Source of the DNA: Spizellomyces punctatus DAOM BR117
Lineage: Eukaryota
Length of the DNA stretch: 64,000 nucleotides
Reading direction: 5' to 3' (one strand)
Assembly: GCA_000182565.2 (NCBI GenBank)
Contig: KQ257452.1
In this document: positions 13,089 to 26,500 of the stretch, piece after piece
Layout: each line of letters starts with the position of its first letter
Numbering within the stretch: position 1 is the first letter of the stretch
Notes under the pieces: model-generated
The model's input: the letters and a program-made list of their open reading frames with translations, nothing else
Databases searched by the model: none
Told to the model about the DNA's origin: nothing
Position numbers and translations under genes: made by a program

Positions 13089-14903
13089 ATGTCATCGGTA
13101 TGGCAGGCAGCCAACAGTGGGGACCTCGCCACCCTCCGTCGAGCTCTCGACGACGCTGAAAAACGTGGCAATATGGCTTTTCGAAAGGAGATGGAGTGGC
13201 AGGACGCTGTAGGCCGGACGCCGATCATCGAAGCTGCTAAATACAATCACGTTGCGTGTGTTCGGGAACTGTTGAAACGAGGTGCGAATGTGAGGCATAC
13301 AGGTAAGTGTGAGTGGCTTAGTTTGGTGATGGTGGGATGACCATGCAGGATTCATGACATGATGATGAATGCCATTTGCATAGTGGATGGGGGGGTGCTT
13401 GCGAGTTGTCTTGCCTTGTTGCATTTCGCAGCTGTCGCTGCATTCATCGACCTTCTACTCTGCCAATGAGGAGCAGCAGATGGGCCATCTTGCAAACGCG
13501 TCATGGCACTGCCGGCAGTCGCCGCTCCCGCCCAACCCACACAAAAGCACAAAAGCAGCAGGGCGGGAAGAAAAGGAACTTGCGCCACTCTCGTCGTTCT
13601 CCCCCTCCTCTTCTACTTTGCTAGCTCACTCAGCCATTTGTAACTAGCTCTCCTCGGCACCGCAATGGATTACACGACGCATCCCGAAATCAAGGAACTC
13701 CTTGCACAGGCTGCTGGCCTAAAGAACATGGCGAACATTCCTACGACTTGGCATCCCCTTCCGCCAGCTGCTCCGCCTCCCGTGTTGAGTGAAAGGGAAG
13801 TGGATGGTGAGCGTATCCTCCTTCTTCAACAACAGCAACAGGAGAGAAGATTGAGTGGAAACGGTGGTGAGGTGCGTGGGTTATGCAGGTTTTGGCAAAA
13901 GGGAACATGTCGGTGAGTAGATATTGCTTGTATCTCACTGTTCCTCTTGAAAGTATTGATTGTTTTGAGGTTTTATAGCTATGGTGATACGTGCTGGTTT
14001 ATCCATGAAGGACAACAGGGAGCGCCAACGTCGCCTTTGCAACAGAATGTGCAACAGAATGCCCAAGCTGCCTATTGTCGGTCTCGGGATTTGTGTTGGC
14101 CTCAGCATCTGCAACAACTCCAGCAGCAGCAACTACAGCAGTTGCACCAACAGCAACAACTGCCGTATCAAACACCCAATCATTCCCGGACCCAATCCGC
14201 CGGACAAGGCACCTTTTCCTCCTTCCACACTATCCCACTCTCCCGAAACTCGTCGCGGAGTGTATGCAGGTACTGGCTCCAAGGTATCTGCAATAGGGGC
14301 CCCGCATGCCGCTTCCTCCATGGCTCAGCGGCTCCAGCCGCCATTGGAGCCGCCGCCGCCGCCATTGCGGAACGTAACGCCCTAACAGCCGCACGACCTC
14401 GTCCTCGCCCCCGGTCGGCTCCCTACATTCAAACCCTTCCCCCGTCCATGGATGCCATGTCCACCCATCCTCAATTGACGCGACCCCGCCATTACTCCCA
14501 CCCATCCCTCCTGCTCCCGAGTCTACCCACATCCACAGCAACGTACGAGTCCCTTCTCGAGTCCCTCCCGTCGTCATCTCCCATCCCGCCTCTAACGGAA
14601 GCCTCTTCTGTAGACTCTTTTGCTCTCCCGTTCGACTTGGATGAATATGACGATTACTCCGAGGCCGGATTGGAACTTGGTGGGCTGGATGAGAATCAAG
14701 TGTTGGGGCTTTTGGCTTCCTCTTTCCCCCCTTCTTCGGCTGCTTTGATTCCTTCTTTTGCGCCCGTGTCACCTCCTAGTGTCTCGAAACCGGGTTCGGG
14801 TGTGCCGCGTTCGAGTGTTCCGCGTTCTGAAAGCGAGAAATTGTGGAAGGAGGATATGTGGGGTGCCAGTGTTTTGAAAGCATTGGATCGGTTGGCGTTG
14901 TGA
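13089..14903 (+). CDS. Ankyrin-repeat plus two CCCH zinc-finger protein with Gln/Pro/Ser-rich regions
   Basis: Ankyrin motifs VWQAANSGD and GRTPIIEAAKYNHVACVRELLKRGANV. CCCH fingers CRFWQKGTCR|YGDTCWFIH and CRYWLQGICNRGPACRFLH. Introns at ~13303-13647 and ~13913-13978. Confidence 0.75.
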
Positions 14904-15717
14904 AAGTAGTGAATAGTGAGGGTTGTTTATTACCTTGGAGTAAAGGTTGAACGTGAAAGAAGGCAATGAAGAAAAAAAAACACACAAGTAAATTGGAAAA
15001 AGGAAGTGGCATTAAACAAAAAAGAGGTGGTGATGGGACTTCTTGGACGAGGCTTTCTGTGTAGAATTGTTTTGTTTTTTTTGTGTTTCTGTAGGATTGT
15101 ATGCAGGTTGCTTTTTAGCCTTTTTGTTATTTTTTGTGTATACCCGGTTGAGGTAGAGTAGCTGTGAGTGGGGGAAGAGGTAGCGGAAATCAGAAAAAAA
15201 CAAGGAAAAAAACTTTGATTGAACAATCGGGAAAGATGGAGGGGAGAAAACCACAAATGTAGAGTACGTTGACCCACCAGGGCTCACCAGTCAGGAGCTG
15301 CTGGAAATATGATATATTCTTTTGAAAAATGCAATATTGGAAAATATCCGCCCAGCAAAGGTCTTCAGCCATTGCTTGATTTTTGACTCAGCCATTTCTG
15401 ATGAAGAGAGTTGATGGATTTTGGGTCTCGACAGCATTTCACACCATTTTGAATTGACGACGACAGCTGTTGAGAATCTCGTTTTTTTTTTTTTTTTTTG
15501 CGATTACTGGCTCAACCGTCCTCAAAACGTTCAACTCTCATTGCCTCCATTCGCATTTCCAACGTTTTATGTTCAAATGACTTTGAACGAATATTGAAAA
15601 GATCTCACACATTTTGCACAGCCACATCCGCTCAACTGACACTTGCTCTCAACTGGCATTCTACCTTCTTTTCCTTTGCCAAAACAAGGGATTTGCTACC
15701 ACGTAGATGCACGCAAC

Positions 15718-18700
15718 ATGGCCAGCGCAGGCTCGGTCAGAGTCCCCCGTGCTGATGCATCGTCTGGAAAACCGGACGAACCTATAGGCACGCAGAATGG
15801 AGTAAACGTTCCATTGACATGGGAGGAGGAGTTGGCCGAGGACGAACCTCTTGTTCCGACACATAGAAAACCGCAGAGAGCGCCTTCTCCGCCTTTGGAT
15901 AATCTCGTGCCTGATAGGTATGATGCTAGTGTATTATTGTCATTGTGCGTAGCACCCACCCACTCTGGTTCGTAGTGCGTCAGAGACGAGTGGTGCCACA
16001 CATTCTACCTTTCCATCTCACAACACAAATGCGCACTCTAATGTACCCCACGCACCTCCCAGCACCAACGCCCTTTTCCCTCCCTCTCCGGGCCCGACAC
16101 GCTCATCACACGACTCGGCCCGCACAGCCCGCGAGATCAACAACCTATCCGAAACAGCCATCCCAATTGGCGTGGCAACTGGAGAACGGAAGAGTGCCGA
16201 AGTGGATTTGATGAGACGGGATTGGACATGGGGTCCTAGGGGAAAGTTACGCATTGTCAACCAAGAGAATACTATGCAGGAAGAGGGAGAGAAGACTCCT
16301 ATTGATGCGTCCTACCCGCGACCCATGTCATCTCAATCAAGCGGTCACAGTCCTTCTACAATATCTTCGTACTATGCACGACCGACAAGCGTATACAGGG
16401 AATATCTATCAGACACCCCTACTCCATCCATTACCACAACACAAACACTGCGAGATATCTCCCCCCTCCCGGCAATTCCACCCCCTGACGCATTGCAGCC
16501 GAGGGGAACAGTCGCAGGCGTATATTACCCTCCGCGACCGAGACCCAAGGTAGTCGATATTCGGCAACCGAGTAAGGGGGCAAAAAGCAATGTTGTTTTG
16601 AGGGCCAAGAGTCGGATGCGAAGGGTGTTGTTGGGTGGGAGCAAGAAGAAGAAGGAGGGGCAGAAAGTGACCGGGAAGAATCGGATGTCCGTGGCGTCCT
16701 CTGATCAATCTGGGAAGGTGGAATTCGTGAGTCCATCTGCGTCGTCGTCGCCTCGTGAAACTAGAGAGCAAGAGTTGCAAAAGCGGCCTACAGAACAGCC
16801 ACAGCAGCAAGCGCTGCAGCAAGCGCAAATCCCGAATATGTCACCGAATTACACTACATCACCGCATCCTCATGACCCTGCCTTCCGAATGTGGACCGTC
16901 CGCCACCAACCCAGTAGCGGCGCCCCTCTCCTCGTCGTCAAGTCTCCTCTCCTAGGCGAGACACTTTCCAAGGAGCTCGGCCTCGAGTCCTTCAACTCTA
17001 CCCAATCCGAAGGCCCCGAGCATATCCCCTCAAAATATGTACCACCTCCCAGTGAACAAGAACTGATCGTCAAAACCCGCATCTACAACCCACCACAGCA
17101 TGGCCACTTACCGGACGTGAAGGACAACCGCCCGCGATCAATGGCTGGTGCTCAGAGTGGTGCCCAGAGCGAACCCGTTCGTGTTCTCACACATCTTGTT
17201 CCACTTGAGAATGGAAGTAGGTGGAGTTTACCGGCGCGGAAGGAATCGCTTTTAGACGAAGAGGAGAATGCGAATGTGGGTCATACCCCTACTACAGGTG
17301 TAAAGTACACTCCCATCCAAATCGATACGCGACGCTTTACGAGGGAATCAATGATCTCATCAACATCACAGACGGATACCGGTAACACCGCTGAACCGTT
17401 ACATCGGTTGTCTGGTGGACGGATTGGGATGTATGCTTTGGTTGCATCTCCCACTCCGATGTCGCCGAGCCAAAGCGGACCGCAGGTGGTAGATGCTCCT
17501 CTTGTGGCGTCACAGACTGCAATGTTTCCCTGGCGTGAGCGGCCCCCACAGCCTAATGCACGTCCAATAAGAACGCATGGAATGGGTGCTGTATCGGCTG
17601 CTTCGATGGTGGAAAGTGAACGATTGGTGGCGGGCGAGACAAGTTCTCAGGGTGATATCCTTCCTTGTACAGACGCTGACGCTACCGCGCATCTACCTAG
17701 CGGGCTCTGGCAACTGCAAAGGCCTGTAGCCGCTGATGCATTGACCCGTCGAGATGAACGTGGTCTGGAAGACAAGCGGTTTGAGCCAGCTGAAACATCT
17801 TTGCCATTGACATCTTCGGATACATTGGCGGGGAGTGAGGCACCTGTGACTCCAGTCGCATCGGAGATACGGAACTCTACCGTACCTTCTCCGACCACGT
17901 ATCCGGCGAATACTACCGATGGATTGACATACCCGGATGAACAGCGTTCAGAAGAGGAAGAGGAAGATGCAGAGGGGTTCGAGCGCACGGGCACTGTTTC
18001 ACCTTCCATTGCTGGTGCACTAGCTGGGGAGGTATCCCCTGTGTTCATGCGAACCCTGACGTGGGCCCCACGTCTCCCATTACGCGTGGTCAATTCAAAA
18101 GAACCTTTGGATGAGGGAGGCACGGAAGAAAGGGAAGAACCTGTTCTTTCAGATATTCCAATGTGGCCAGCTCCACCTACTTTGGATTCCTCGCCCCCCG
18201 AGTCTGAACAATTTGAGTTCACCGCTCAACCGACCGATGCTGCCACTACCAAGGAAGCAGTCTCTGCAAGTCGATCAAGTGTCGCGCGTTTCAAATCGCG
18301 CGTACGCAGGGTGATGCATAGACATGGTGGTAGACGGAAACCCCCAACGAGCTCTGCTAGGCGGTTCACCTCCTCGGGTATGGCGGGAGTGCGTGCAACG
18401 GGGTCAGTTAAACGTTCGAACCAAGTAGGAGGTGAACAACCGGAACAGATGGCCATGCTACCACCTAGGACGGTATCGATGGTATTAGCCCCGGAAGAGG
18501 ATGGCATGCCACCTGAATCGGAAGGTTCATCACCTAGTTTGTGTGGAATGTCTCGTCATAATCTTCCTTCGCCGCCGCCACCCCCTGTCCGTGTTGATTC
18601 GATGGTTTCGGAACAAGATGCTTTGGGGCCAGCAGTCGGAGGGCTGGATGTGCCTGAGCACGGAGCTCCTGGTATTGTGAATGAAGCGGCCACTAACCTC

Positions 18701-20482
18701 CCTGTGCGTCTTGAGTCGATGGTTTCGGAACAAGATGATTTGGTGCCAGCAATTCGAGGGCCGGATGTGCCGGAACACGGACCTCCTGGTATTGTGAATG
18801 AAGGGGTGCCTAGTACCCCTGTGCGTGCTGATCCTGATAGTGATCGGGCGGAGGAAAAAGTTTCTATGCCGTGTGATGCAGAAATCCAGGATCATGTCAT
18901 GAAATATCATGAAGAGTTGAAGGAGAGTTTGGAGAGAAGACTACAAATTCAATTACCTGAACGGCTTGATTCCCGTGTTGCAGAGAGTTCCAGTACGCCA
19001 GGAGGACCATCATCGTTGAACCAAGTTGCATCATCTCCTCCCCACTCTCGACGCGACGCTCCTGCAAGTCCTTCCACACCCCGGCCCAACCCATCCCAAG
19101 ACATTCCCGACCGCCCAAGTTTCGACAGTTTCAACTCTGGATCAACCGCAACCGTCGTCAATGTGTCAATCACACCCCGACGGGCAGCTTCTCCCGAGCA
19201 AATGCATGAGAAGCATGTTCCGGATGCGCACATGCCAGAGCCAGATACATCGCAGTCTACTGGTGCCGTGAAAGCGACAACAGAAGAAGAATGGAAAGCT
19301 GCCCAAGCGGATCTGTTGGAGCGGATTGCGAAGCATTTGGGTCGAGCTTCTATATCGACACCGACTGGATCACCAGAAAGTGAGAGAAGCCGAGTCCTCG
19401 TCGCTCGACCCATGTCGTTTGTCTCCCAACCCGCAACTTGGGTCTACACAACCAATGATCACATGTTGGACGATTTGTCGAGAATGGCCTCTGCGTCCTC
19501 AGCCCCGTCCCAACCACAGCATACTTGGTCGTATTCCTCATCTGGCTCGTTGTATGGGGGGTTTGAACCTTTGGCAAATTACGTTCCTGAATCGGCTTAT
19601 GGGGAAGTCACGCCGTCGAGTGCCTCGGTCGAGTACCCGCCGCGAGCTGAATCGGTTGGACAAGGGAGTGGAATGCCCATGCAAGCGCCTCAGCACCCGT
19701 GGCCGAATGTACCACCCGTCTACGGTGGCAGAGTAGGTTCCGTGACGGGGTCTGTGACGGGGTCGACTGCGTCGGGGGATACCTTTGGATGCACGCACAG
19801 CGATGGCGGGGAGGCACCGAACGACGTTGCATGGCCTTTGCGAACCGCTTCGAGTGTAGATATGAGCCAAGAAGTACGTCCTGCGAGTGGAGTTGAGTAT
19901 AGTGCGGATGCAATTCCTGTCATGTCCCAGCAACCCGCACGACCTCTGCGGCATCGGCCACCGACACCGGCCTGGCCGAAACCAGAGACATCCGTGCAAG
20001 CCAGCGTTTCATCCCGATCCAGTGTTACCGGAGAAATGGCGGAACATCCTCCTCAGAGATCCGCATCTCCCTGGTCGTTTGTTTCAGGCGCATCGGCCTA
20101 CCTCACCCGCAGTGAACCCCAAGAACACATGGCACCTCTTGGACCGTATTCCCAAGATCCATACCGGGACATGACCTCCCTCCCACATGTCCCTCCTGTC
20201 CCACTCCCGTCCGTCAACACCCACCCCTGGCTCGACCAATCTATCCCTCCTGCAAGATTCAATCCCCCCCGCCCGTGGTCCCTACCTCCCAACCAAACCG
20301 ATAAAAACATGGCAATCCCACCGCGGCATAGCATTCATTCTGGATTCAAAGTCTTGGGCGTTCAGCATGTTGCTGGGGTTTCTGGTGTCGATGATGCTGC
20401 AATTACCGGTGCGCCTTCCAAGAAGGGCAAGGAGAACAAGGGGAGGTGGAGTCGGGTGGTTGAAATTGTTAAAGGGCGATGA
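15718..20482 (+). CDS. Large (~1570 aa) Pro/Ser-rich intrinsically disordered hypothetical protein
   Basis: The 1436-codon ORF 16172-20482 is joined in frame to an upstream exon starting at ATG 15718 through a GT-AG intron (~15918-15975). No globular domain recognised. Confidence 0.75.
18584..18830 (+). repeat. 117-bp (39-aa) in-frame tandem duplication, two full units plus the start of a third
   Basis: CCTGT(C/G)CGT recurs at 18584, 18701 and 18818. Units: PVRVDSMVSEQDALGPAVGGLDVPEHGAPGIVNE and PVRLESMVSEQDDLVPAIRGPDVPEHGPPGIVNE. Confidence 0.9.
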
Positions 20483-21477
20483 TTGAGTAGACTTTTCGCT
20501 TTGGGGTATTTGATCAGAGTATATTTTTGGGGTGCGTGTGGGATATAAATGGTATTTCATTTTTTTTTTGTTTCTGATTATTATCATTTATTTGTCAGTG
20601 TTGAGTAATTTTGTTCTTTGTTGGATATTGTTAATAGAATTGACAGTACACTTTTTTTTTTACTCTGCCTTTTGGATTATATTTTGACTGGTTGCTTTGT
20701 TCATTTCGGGAACTTGGCCATTTTCGTGTTTGTCATTCTTGGTCGTTATAGACGTTGTCTGTCTCGGCCCCAGTTTATTATATATAAGGGGGGAACTACT
20801 ATCGTTTGTCCTCAAATCAATATCGAAATGAAAATGCAGCCAGATGGCCAAAACTGGCGTGATAACCAAACATTAAAAATTGTAAACATTCATCGTCTTG
20901 TTTTCTGGCCAAGTTAATTCAGGGATGACAGACGTTTGGGAGACGAAAAAAAAGTTAGATATTAAAGTTGGATCATGTTTTGATCAAAGGTTCAAAGTTT
21001 TATAAGTTTTTTTTTTCCTGCTGTTCCCCCTGAATACGGGGGGTCCTATTCCCTGGAATGCCTTGCCCATATCATGAAATGGAGATGTTGGCCTACGCTA
21101 CAAAGGAATCTGACGAGATGCTACAAATATCTCGTATTATATCTCTAACCTCTAGGCAGCGAGATCTCCCTTCTTTACTGACAGACACAGCCATCCTATT
21201 GACATTGGTGCATCGTAGCCGCGCAGGACAAGGACTTTGTATGGTAAACCGATACAATCGTGCAACGTTTACTGGTATTTAAACTTGCAATATGTTGGAT
21301 GTGATTTTGACTTGGGTTTGTGCCGGCCGGACAGGGCATGCCATAGTGTTGGAGCAGACCACATGGTCGATCAATGTTGCTGCTTTCCCTGCGTTGTTCC
21401 CATAGGTGGAATGAAAAAGTACCCAAGGTGATTGTTATTCATCCTTTGAATTCCTTCCTTTATCTTCTAAAACTTTT

Positions 21478-21735
21478 GGGCCCTTCCTCTGAGAGGAGCG
21501 CTCGTCATCGGCCGTAGCTCAACAATCCTGGACCTCCGACAGGAGTAATACGTCGATTTTCCAAACGACGACCATTCAACGTGTTTCCGGTATCCGTTTT
21601 CGACCGAGTCGAGTTTACCGTCAAGTCCTGGGGCGCTTTCCACCTTCTCTTCTGGCCGACCATAGAAGGAAAAAGCTAGCGAGTCGGTGGGGAGTAAAGA
21701 ATGGACGAGGGCTAGGGAGGTCGACTTTTTATAAC
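21478..21735. ncRNA. Candidate structured non-coding RNA (family not recognised)
   Basis: Intergenic with no ORF of 60 aa or more. Several local hairpins plus enclosing complementary segments. TATAAAAA on the minus strand at ~21726-21733, and oligo-T runs on the plus strand. Confidence 0.3.
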
Positions 21736-22208
21736 CCTGGAGGACTGGGGGGTTTTTTTTTTTTTAGTTTTTCCAATTCGGAATTCTATGCAAAAGTTCT
21801 TTTGCGCATGTCATCCTTCTTCTCCAGTAAAAGCTCGTCTCTTTCACCGCCAGGCGGAATTTCTCGGGTGCTTACCATAGCTGAAGAAACAGTCTTCATC
21901 GCTAAACATTCACGAGCTCTTGAGCAGAGAGATCCGAAAAAGGATCAGATTTTCATTAAATGGAACATGATATTGGAAGCAGTTTTATGGATATGTCGTC
22001 GTACCAAAGAATCTGATAAACCATGTTTTCAAGAACTGTGTCATCTATTACCGCTAGCCAGCTACAATGCATCGTGCCATCATGCTGCAAGTGGTATTCC
22101 TTTGGATGCGAGGTGCGATCCCAAATATCATGAAGGTGCGCGAATCTGATCTCAAACGCGTTCGTGTACGTGATCCACTTCGTCTATTGCCCATCACCTT
22201 GAACTTTT

Positions 22209-23500
22209 ATGGACCGATACAAAATCCTCGGCAAAGTACATCTCATCCCTTTAGCAAAACCTTGAACATGCCACTCACCATTCTCTATACAAACAAAAAA
22301 CTACAGATAGGCGAAGGAGCCCACGGAGTAGTTCTCAAAGCCAAATCAATAGAAACAGGCCTAGTAGTCGCTCTCAAAAAAGTCCCACTGCGACGATTGG
22401 AAGATGGGATTCCGAATACGATTTTGAGAGAAATCAAGGCTTTGCAGGAGATTGATTATCAGAATGTACTGGTTTTCTCCCAATCTTATATAAACGCAAT
22501 ACTGTCGACTAAACGTAGGATTAGGTCGTCAAACTCCTTTCCGTGCACCCGTCTGGTCCCTCATTTGTCCTCGTCTTTGAGTACATGCTCTCAGACCTCT
22601 CCCACATCCTCCGCACAACACCCCTCACCTCCTCTCAAGTGAAAGCCTATATGCTCATGCTTCTGCGAGGGTTATCCTATTGTCATGAGAACAATATCAT
22701 GCATAGGGACCTGAAACCTGCCAATCTCCTCATTTCGCCGACGGGAGTGCTTAAACTGGCGGATTTTGGGTTGGCGAGGGTTCATCGATATGCAGGCGAG
22801 GAGGTCCCCAAACGCCCGTATTCGCATCAAGTAGCGACCCGATGGTATAGAGCGCCCGAGTTGCTGTATGGAGCCAGGATGTATGATGCTGGAGTAGATT
22901 TGTGGGCTGTGGGGTGTATATTTGGGGAGCTATTGAACCATTCTCCATTATTCCCCGGTCAAAATGATATTGACCAGTTGTATTGTGTGTTGAGTATTTT
23001 GGGGACGCCGACCAAGGAGAGCTGGCCGGTGAGCACCGATGGAAACCGTTTGCAATTTCTCATTGTGTGTGCAATCTCATTTCTCAGTAAAATTAGGACC
23101 TGGAGACTTTGCCAGATTACAACAAGATTCAATTCCCAAATATGCCTGCTGTGGCATTGGAACGTGTATGCCCAGACGCATCTCAAGAGGCTGTAGGACT
23201 ATTGAAAAAGTTTCTCGTGTATTCTTGCAAAAACCGTATCCCAGCAAAAGAGGTCAGCATTGCTAGTCACGGTTCGGTTCTACTCTACTGAGAATGCTAA
23301 CACCAATATGGCATTGCTACAAACAGGCCCTGCTGGAACCCTACTTTTTCAATAAACCGCTGCCGGCCCATCACCTCGAGCTCCCCATCCCAGAACGAAC
23401 AACCCAAGAACAATTCGATGTCGACAAATCGCTAGATCTGTCCGTATTTTTCCCACTCGGCGCCGGAGGAGGCGGTGGGGATGGTATAGTCGAAGATTGA
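22209..23500 (+). CDS. CDK20: Cyclin-dependent kinase 20 (CCRK/LF2-like ciliary kinase), multi-exon
   Basis: Spliced MDRYKILGK|IGEGAHGVVLKAK...VALKKVPLRRLEDGIPNTILREIKALQEI; HRDLKPANLL; DFGLAR; YSHQVATRWYRAPELLYGARMYDAGVDLW; PLPAHHLELPIP. These are CCRK-type motifs. Confidence 0.9.
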
Positions 23501-23564
23501 GTTTCCAACGGGCCGACGAATAGGGAAGAGGGTAAATCTCCAGTCGCTGCAACATCTGCAATAT

Positions 23565-26500
23565 TCAAGTACGCAACGAACCCCGTCTAGAACTTCCCAA
23601 ACTTAAACCCCCCGCACTACTACTTCGTGTTAATATGTCTATAAACTGTTGTGCGTCCTTTTCCTGCTGCCCCCCCGCTTTCACCATCATTTGGACGTAT
23701 TTCTGTGCTTGAGCTGTTGCAGCCGGAGTATTGGCCCGAAGAAGAGTATCGACGATACCAGTGTATCCGTACTTTGTGGTGGTTTTAGCAAACTGGTAGA
23801 GGGTGGACGGAAGGGTAGCATTAAATTCTGTACATGACACATATGAGTGAATAACTTTGCGGTTGCATCGCCGGGTTACCTTTTCTAGCCCGTCCCAGTT
23901 GCTGGACTAGAATTCGATAAATGTGAGATCAAGCAAATTACCCAAGTATCGACAGTAGCGCTCACCTGCACAAGCGCCTTAACCTTGAGCCACCAAAACC
24001 TGTGGCAAAGCCAGCAGATCAGCATTACACCATAGCATCTCCATGAATCCTTTGTGTGTACCTTTTCTCCGGCACCTTGAAATCCGCCTTGACCTTTGCG
24101 GCCCTATTCCCATGTCCTAAAATTAACAACTTTGATATCGTCTCGCTGATTGTTAGGTCCAAGAACGTGTGGGCGGTATCCCGTTCTAGGGTTGTTTGCA
24201 GATTCAAGAGTTTGACTTGATCATCGGTGGCCTGATTTAATTGTGAATATTAATATATGGCACTCAATGATGGGTAGACACTATTACCTTTGCTTCAAAG
24301 AGATGCTCTTTATCATCTTGATAGAGTTTTGTAGCAACCTTGAATTTATTGATGCGCTCTGTTATGTCCTAAGAACATGGCCACAGCTTCAGCTAAATTG
24401 CTCTCGACATCAATGTTTTTTCAACATGGACAGTGCAAAACTTACACCACTTTCATAACCTTCCACCACGACCGCATTCGCACTCTCGACCCTTCGATCA
24501 TCCTGATAATAAAAGTCGCGCAAAAGCTGCCGGTCCTGTTCTCTACTGTAACATTCCAAAAGACTAGATGCGAGCGGCTTGCCGTTGATGATGCGGAAAA
24601 AATCCGCGGGCGGGAGTTTGCGCTTTAAATGAAGCATGACGAGGTAGACTGGTAGATCGACTCGCTTTAAGCCAAAACAATCATTGGTGACCACAAATTC
24701 CAGTGGACTTACCAAGATCGGTATCACCGCTTTCGATGGCTTTGATCATTGCAAGCTCGTCTTCCTGCATACTCATCAGGAGAGGTACTTGGTTTGCTGC
24801 TTGTGGTTCGTAATCTAGAAGCTGACAAACCAGTCTTGCAATGAGTCGTACGCTACCAAAAAGCTTTTTTCTGTGTACAAACCTTGGTGGCAAGCCTAGT
24901 CTGTCCAGTTTCATATGCGGTTTTGGCTACCTCCGTATATGAGATACCCGAATCTCGGCCCCCCAGCTTCTCTACAATCAAGCGGCAAAGTGTCTCTTCG
25001 TCGTCGACAGAAACTTTAATCTAAATTTCAAAGCATATAAGGCCAAGAGTCGCTCCCCGAGTTTTGCCACTCCTGCTCGTACTTTTGCGCAGGCCCAATG
25101 GATCAAAACTCTGTCCCGATTCATTCCCAAATACTCGCAAATGCGGAGCGCAAGCAAATGATGGTGTCGGTTGGTTAATCGGTTGATCAATACTTGAGGC
25201 GTTAATCGCATATATCTATGTAGGTTCATTTGCCGTTAGCTCCATCCCCGCATACGCAAAAAAAAAAAAAATCAAAAAACGTATTTAACGTACTGTGAGT
25301 AGGTGAGGGGTATGCCAATTTCGTAGTGTCTTACAGCGTTGAGGACGCGCAACGTCTGACACATGGTGACGAATCTGTTTGCATTATAAGAGTCCACAAA
25401 GCATTTACCAAAACTAGCCGCCTGAAAAATCTGGTATGTCAAGAGAATTTCGAGAAAATTATAATGTCAATTTATATCATACCCGAAGTAAAGCCCGTTG
25501 CCGTCCGGTATGCAACTCATGGCCAGCGGCCTCTATGCAGCTATCAACGGCTTCCGTTAGTTCGGGTTTGATGTTGCGAATGTTTTCGTCGGCGCGAGGG
25601 CTTTTTTTCTGAACACCAAACACCGCAACATGAGTCTTTTGAAAACCTCACACGGAATACTGACGATAGCGTATATAAACTAACGACTCTTGATACTAAC
25701 CTCAAAATGCTCCAAGGCATCAAACAGAATCGCGCCAGGGGCAGTAGAACCAATCTTGAAAATGTCCTCAATCGCAGCTGGCGTTTGTACGAATTAATCT
25801 TCTGATCCACATCTGTACGTTTCATCCAAAGTTTGCACTGCGCTTACTTGGCACACGTTGCAGAAACTCGCATCTCTCGTCACTGATGATGCGGACGCCG
25901 TCAACTTCTGGTACCAGGTGCACGATCCCTTCATATGAATACCTGACTTTCATGTAAGCGATGCTGCGCACCATACGGCTAGCTTGTTTTAAACTTACTT
26001 GATCCAGTCTCCAAAAGGACCCACCATAAGCACTGTGTCCGGCCAATGAAGCACTACAGCATCTGTCCCGCACCTGAACGTATATGGTCACTTAAATGCC
26101 TGTGTCTTTGGAATCGGCTGGCACGTACCAGGTCATCTGCACCGGTGGCGTACTTGAATTGGTAGAAAACTCGGCAAGATTCTTTTGGAAGTCAGTGGAG
26201 ACTACCCAAAGCCGTCCGTCTGTTGTGAACAGAGCCAAGAACTTTCCGTTAGGCGATACCGACATGCCACTGAATGGTCCTTGAGACAACATCTGGAGTG
26301 GACAAACGTGTTAAATAATCTGTTTTGGCAAGAGCAGCCGACGGTCTTTGTAGATCTCTGAATCTTTGCAACGAGCTGTACCTGATCTTGAACACTTGAG
26401 GCATCAACAACCATGACCGTGGCATTTACAGCAACGATGACTTCTAAATGTTTGCTCAACGTGAATTCTGGAGGTATGATGGTCCACGAATGTGGTGCCT

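Noticed and set aside
12561-15372. Phe/Lys-rich short ORFs flanking the ankyrin-CCCH gene
   Set aside because: They arise from poly-T/poly-A/poly-C low-complexity UTR or promoter sequence.
16254-20334. Numerous antisense and alternate-frame ORFs within long genes (also 37490-38131 and 35262-35798)
   Set aside because: These are shadow ORFs of GC-balanced coding sequence with no recognisable motifs.
21620-21645. RNase MRP/P RNA call from minus-strand GGAAAGCGCCCCAGGAC
   Set aside because: No complementary CR-V/P4 strand found downstream. No telomere-template, Sm-snRNA or SRP signature recognised either.
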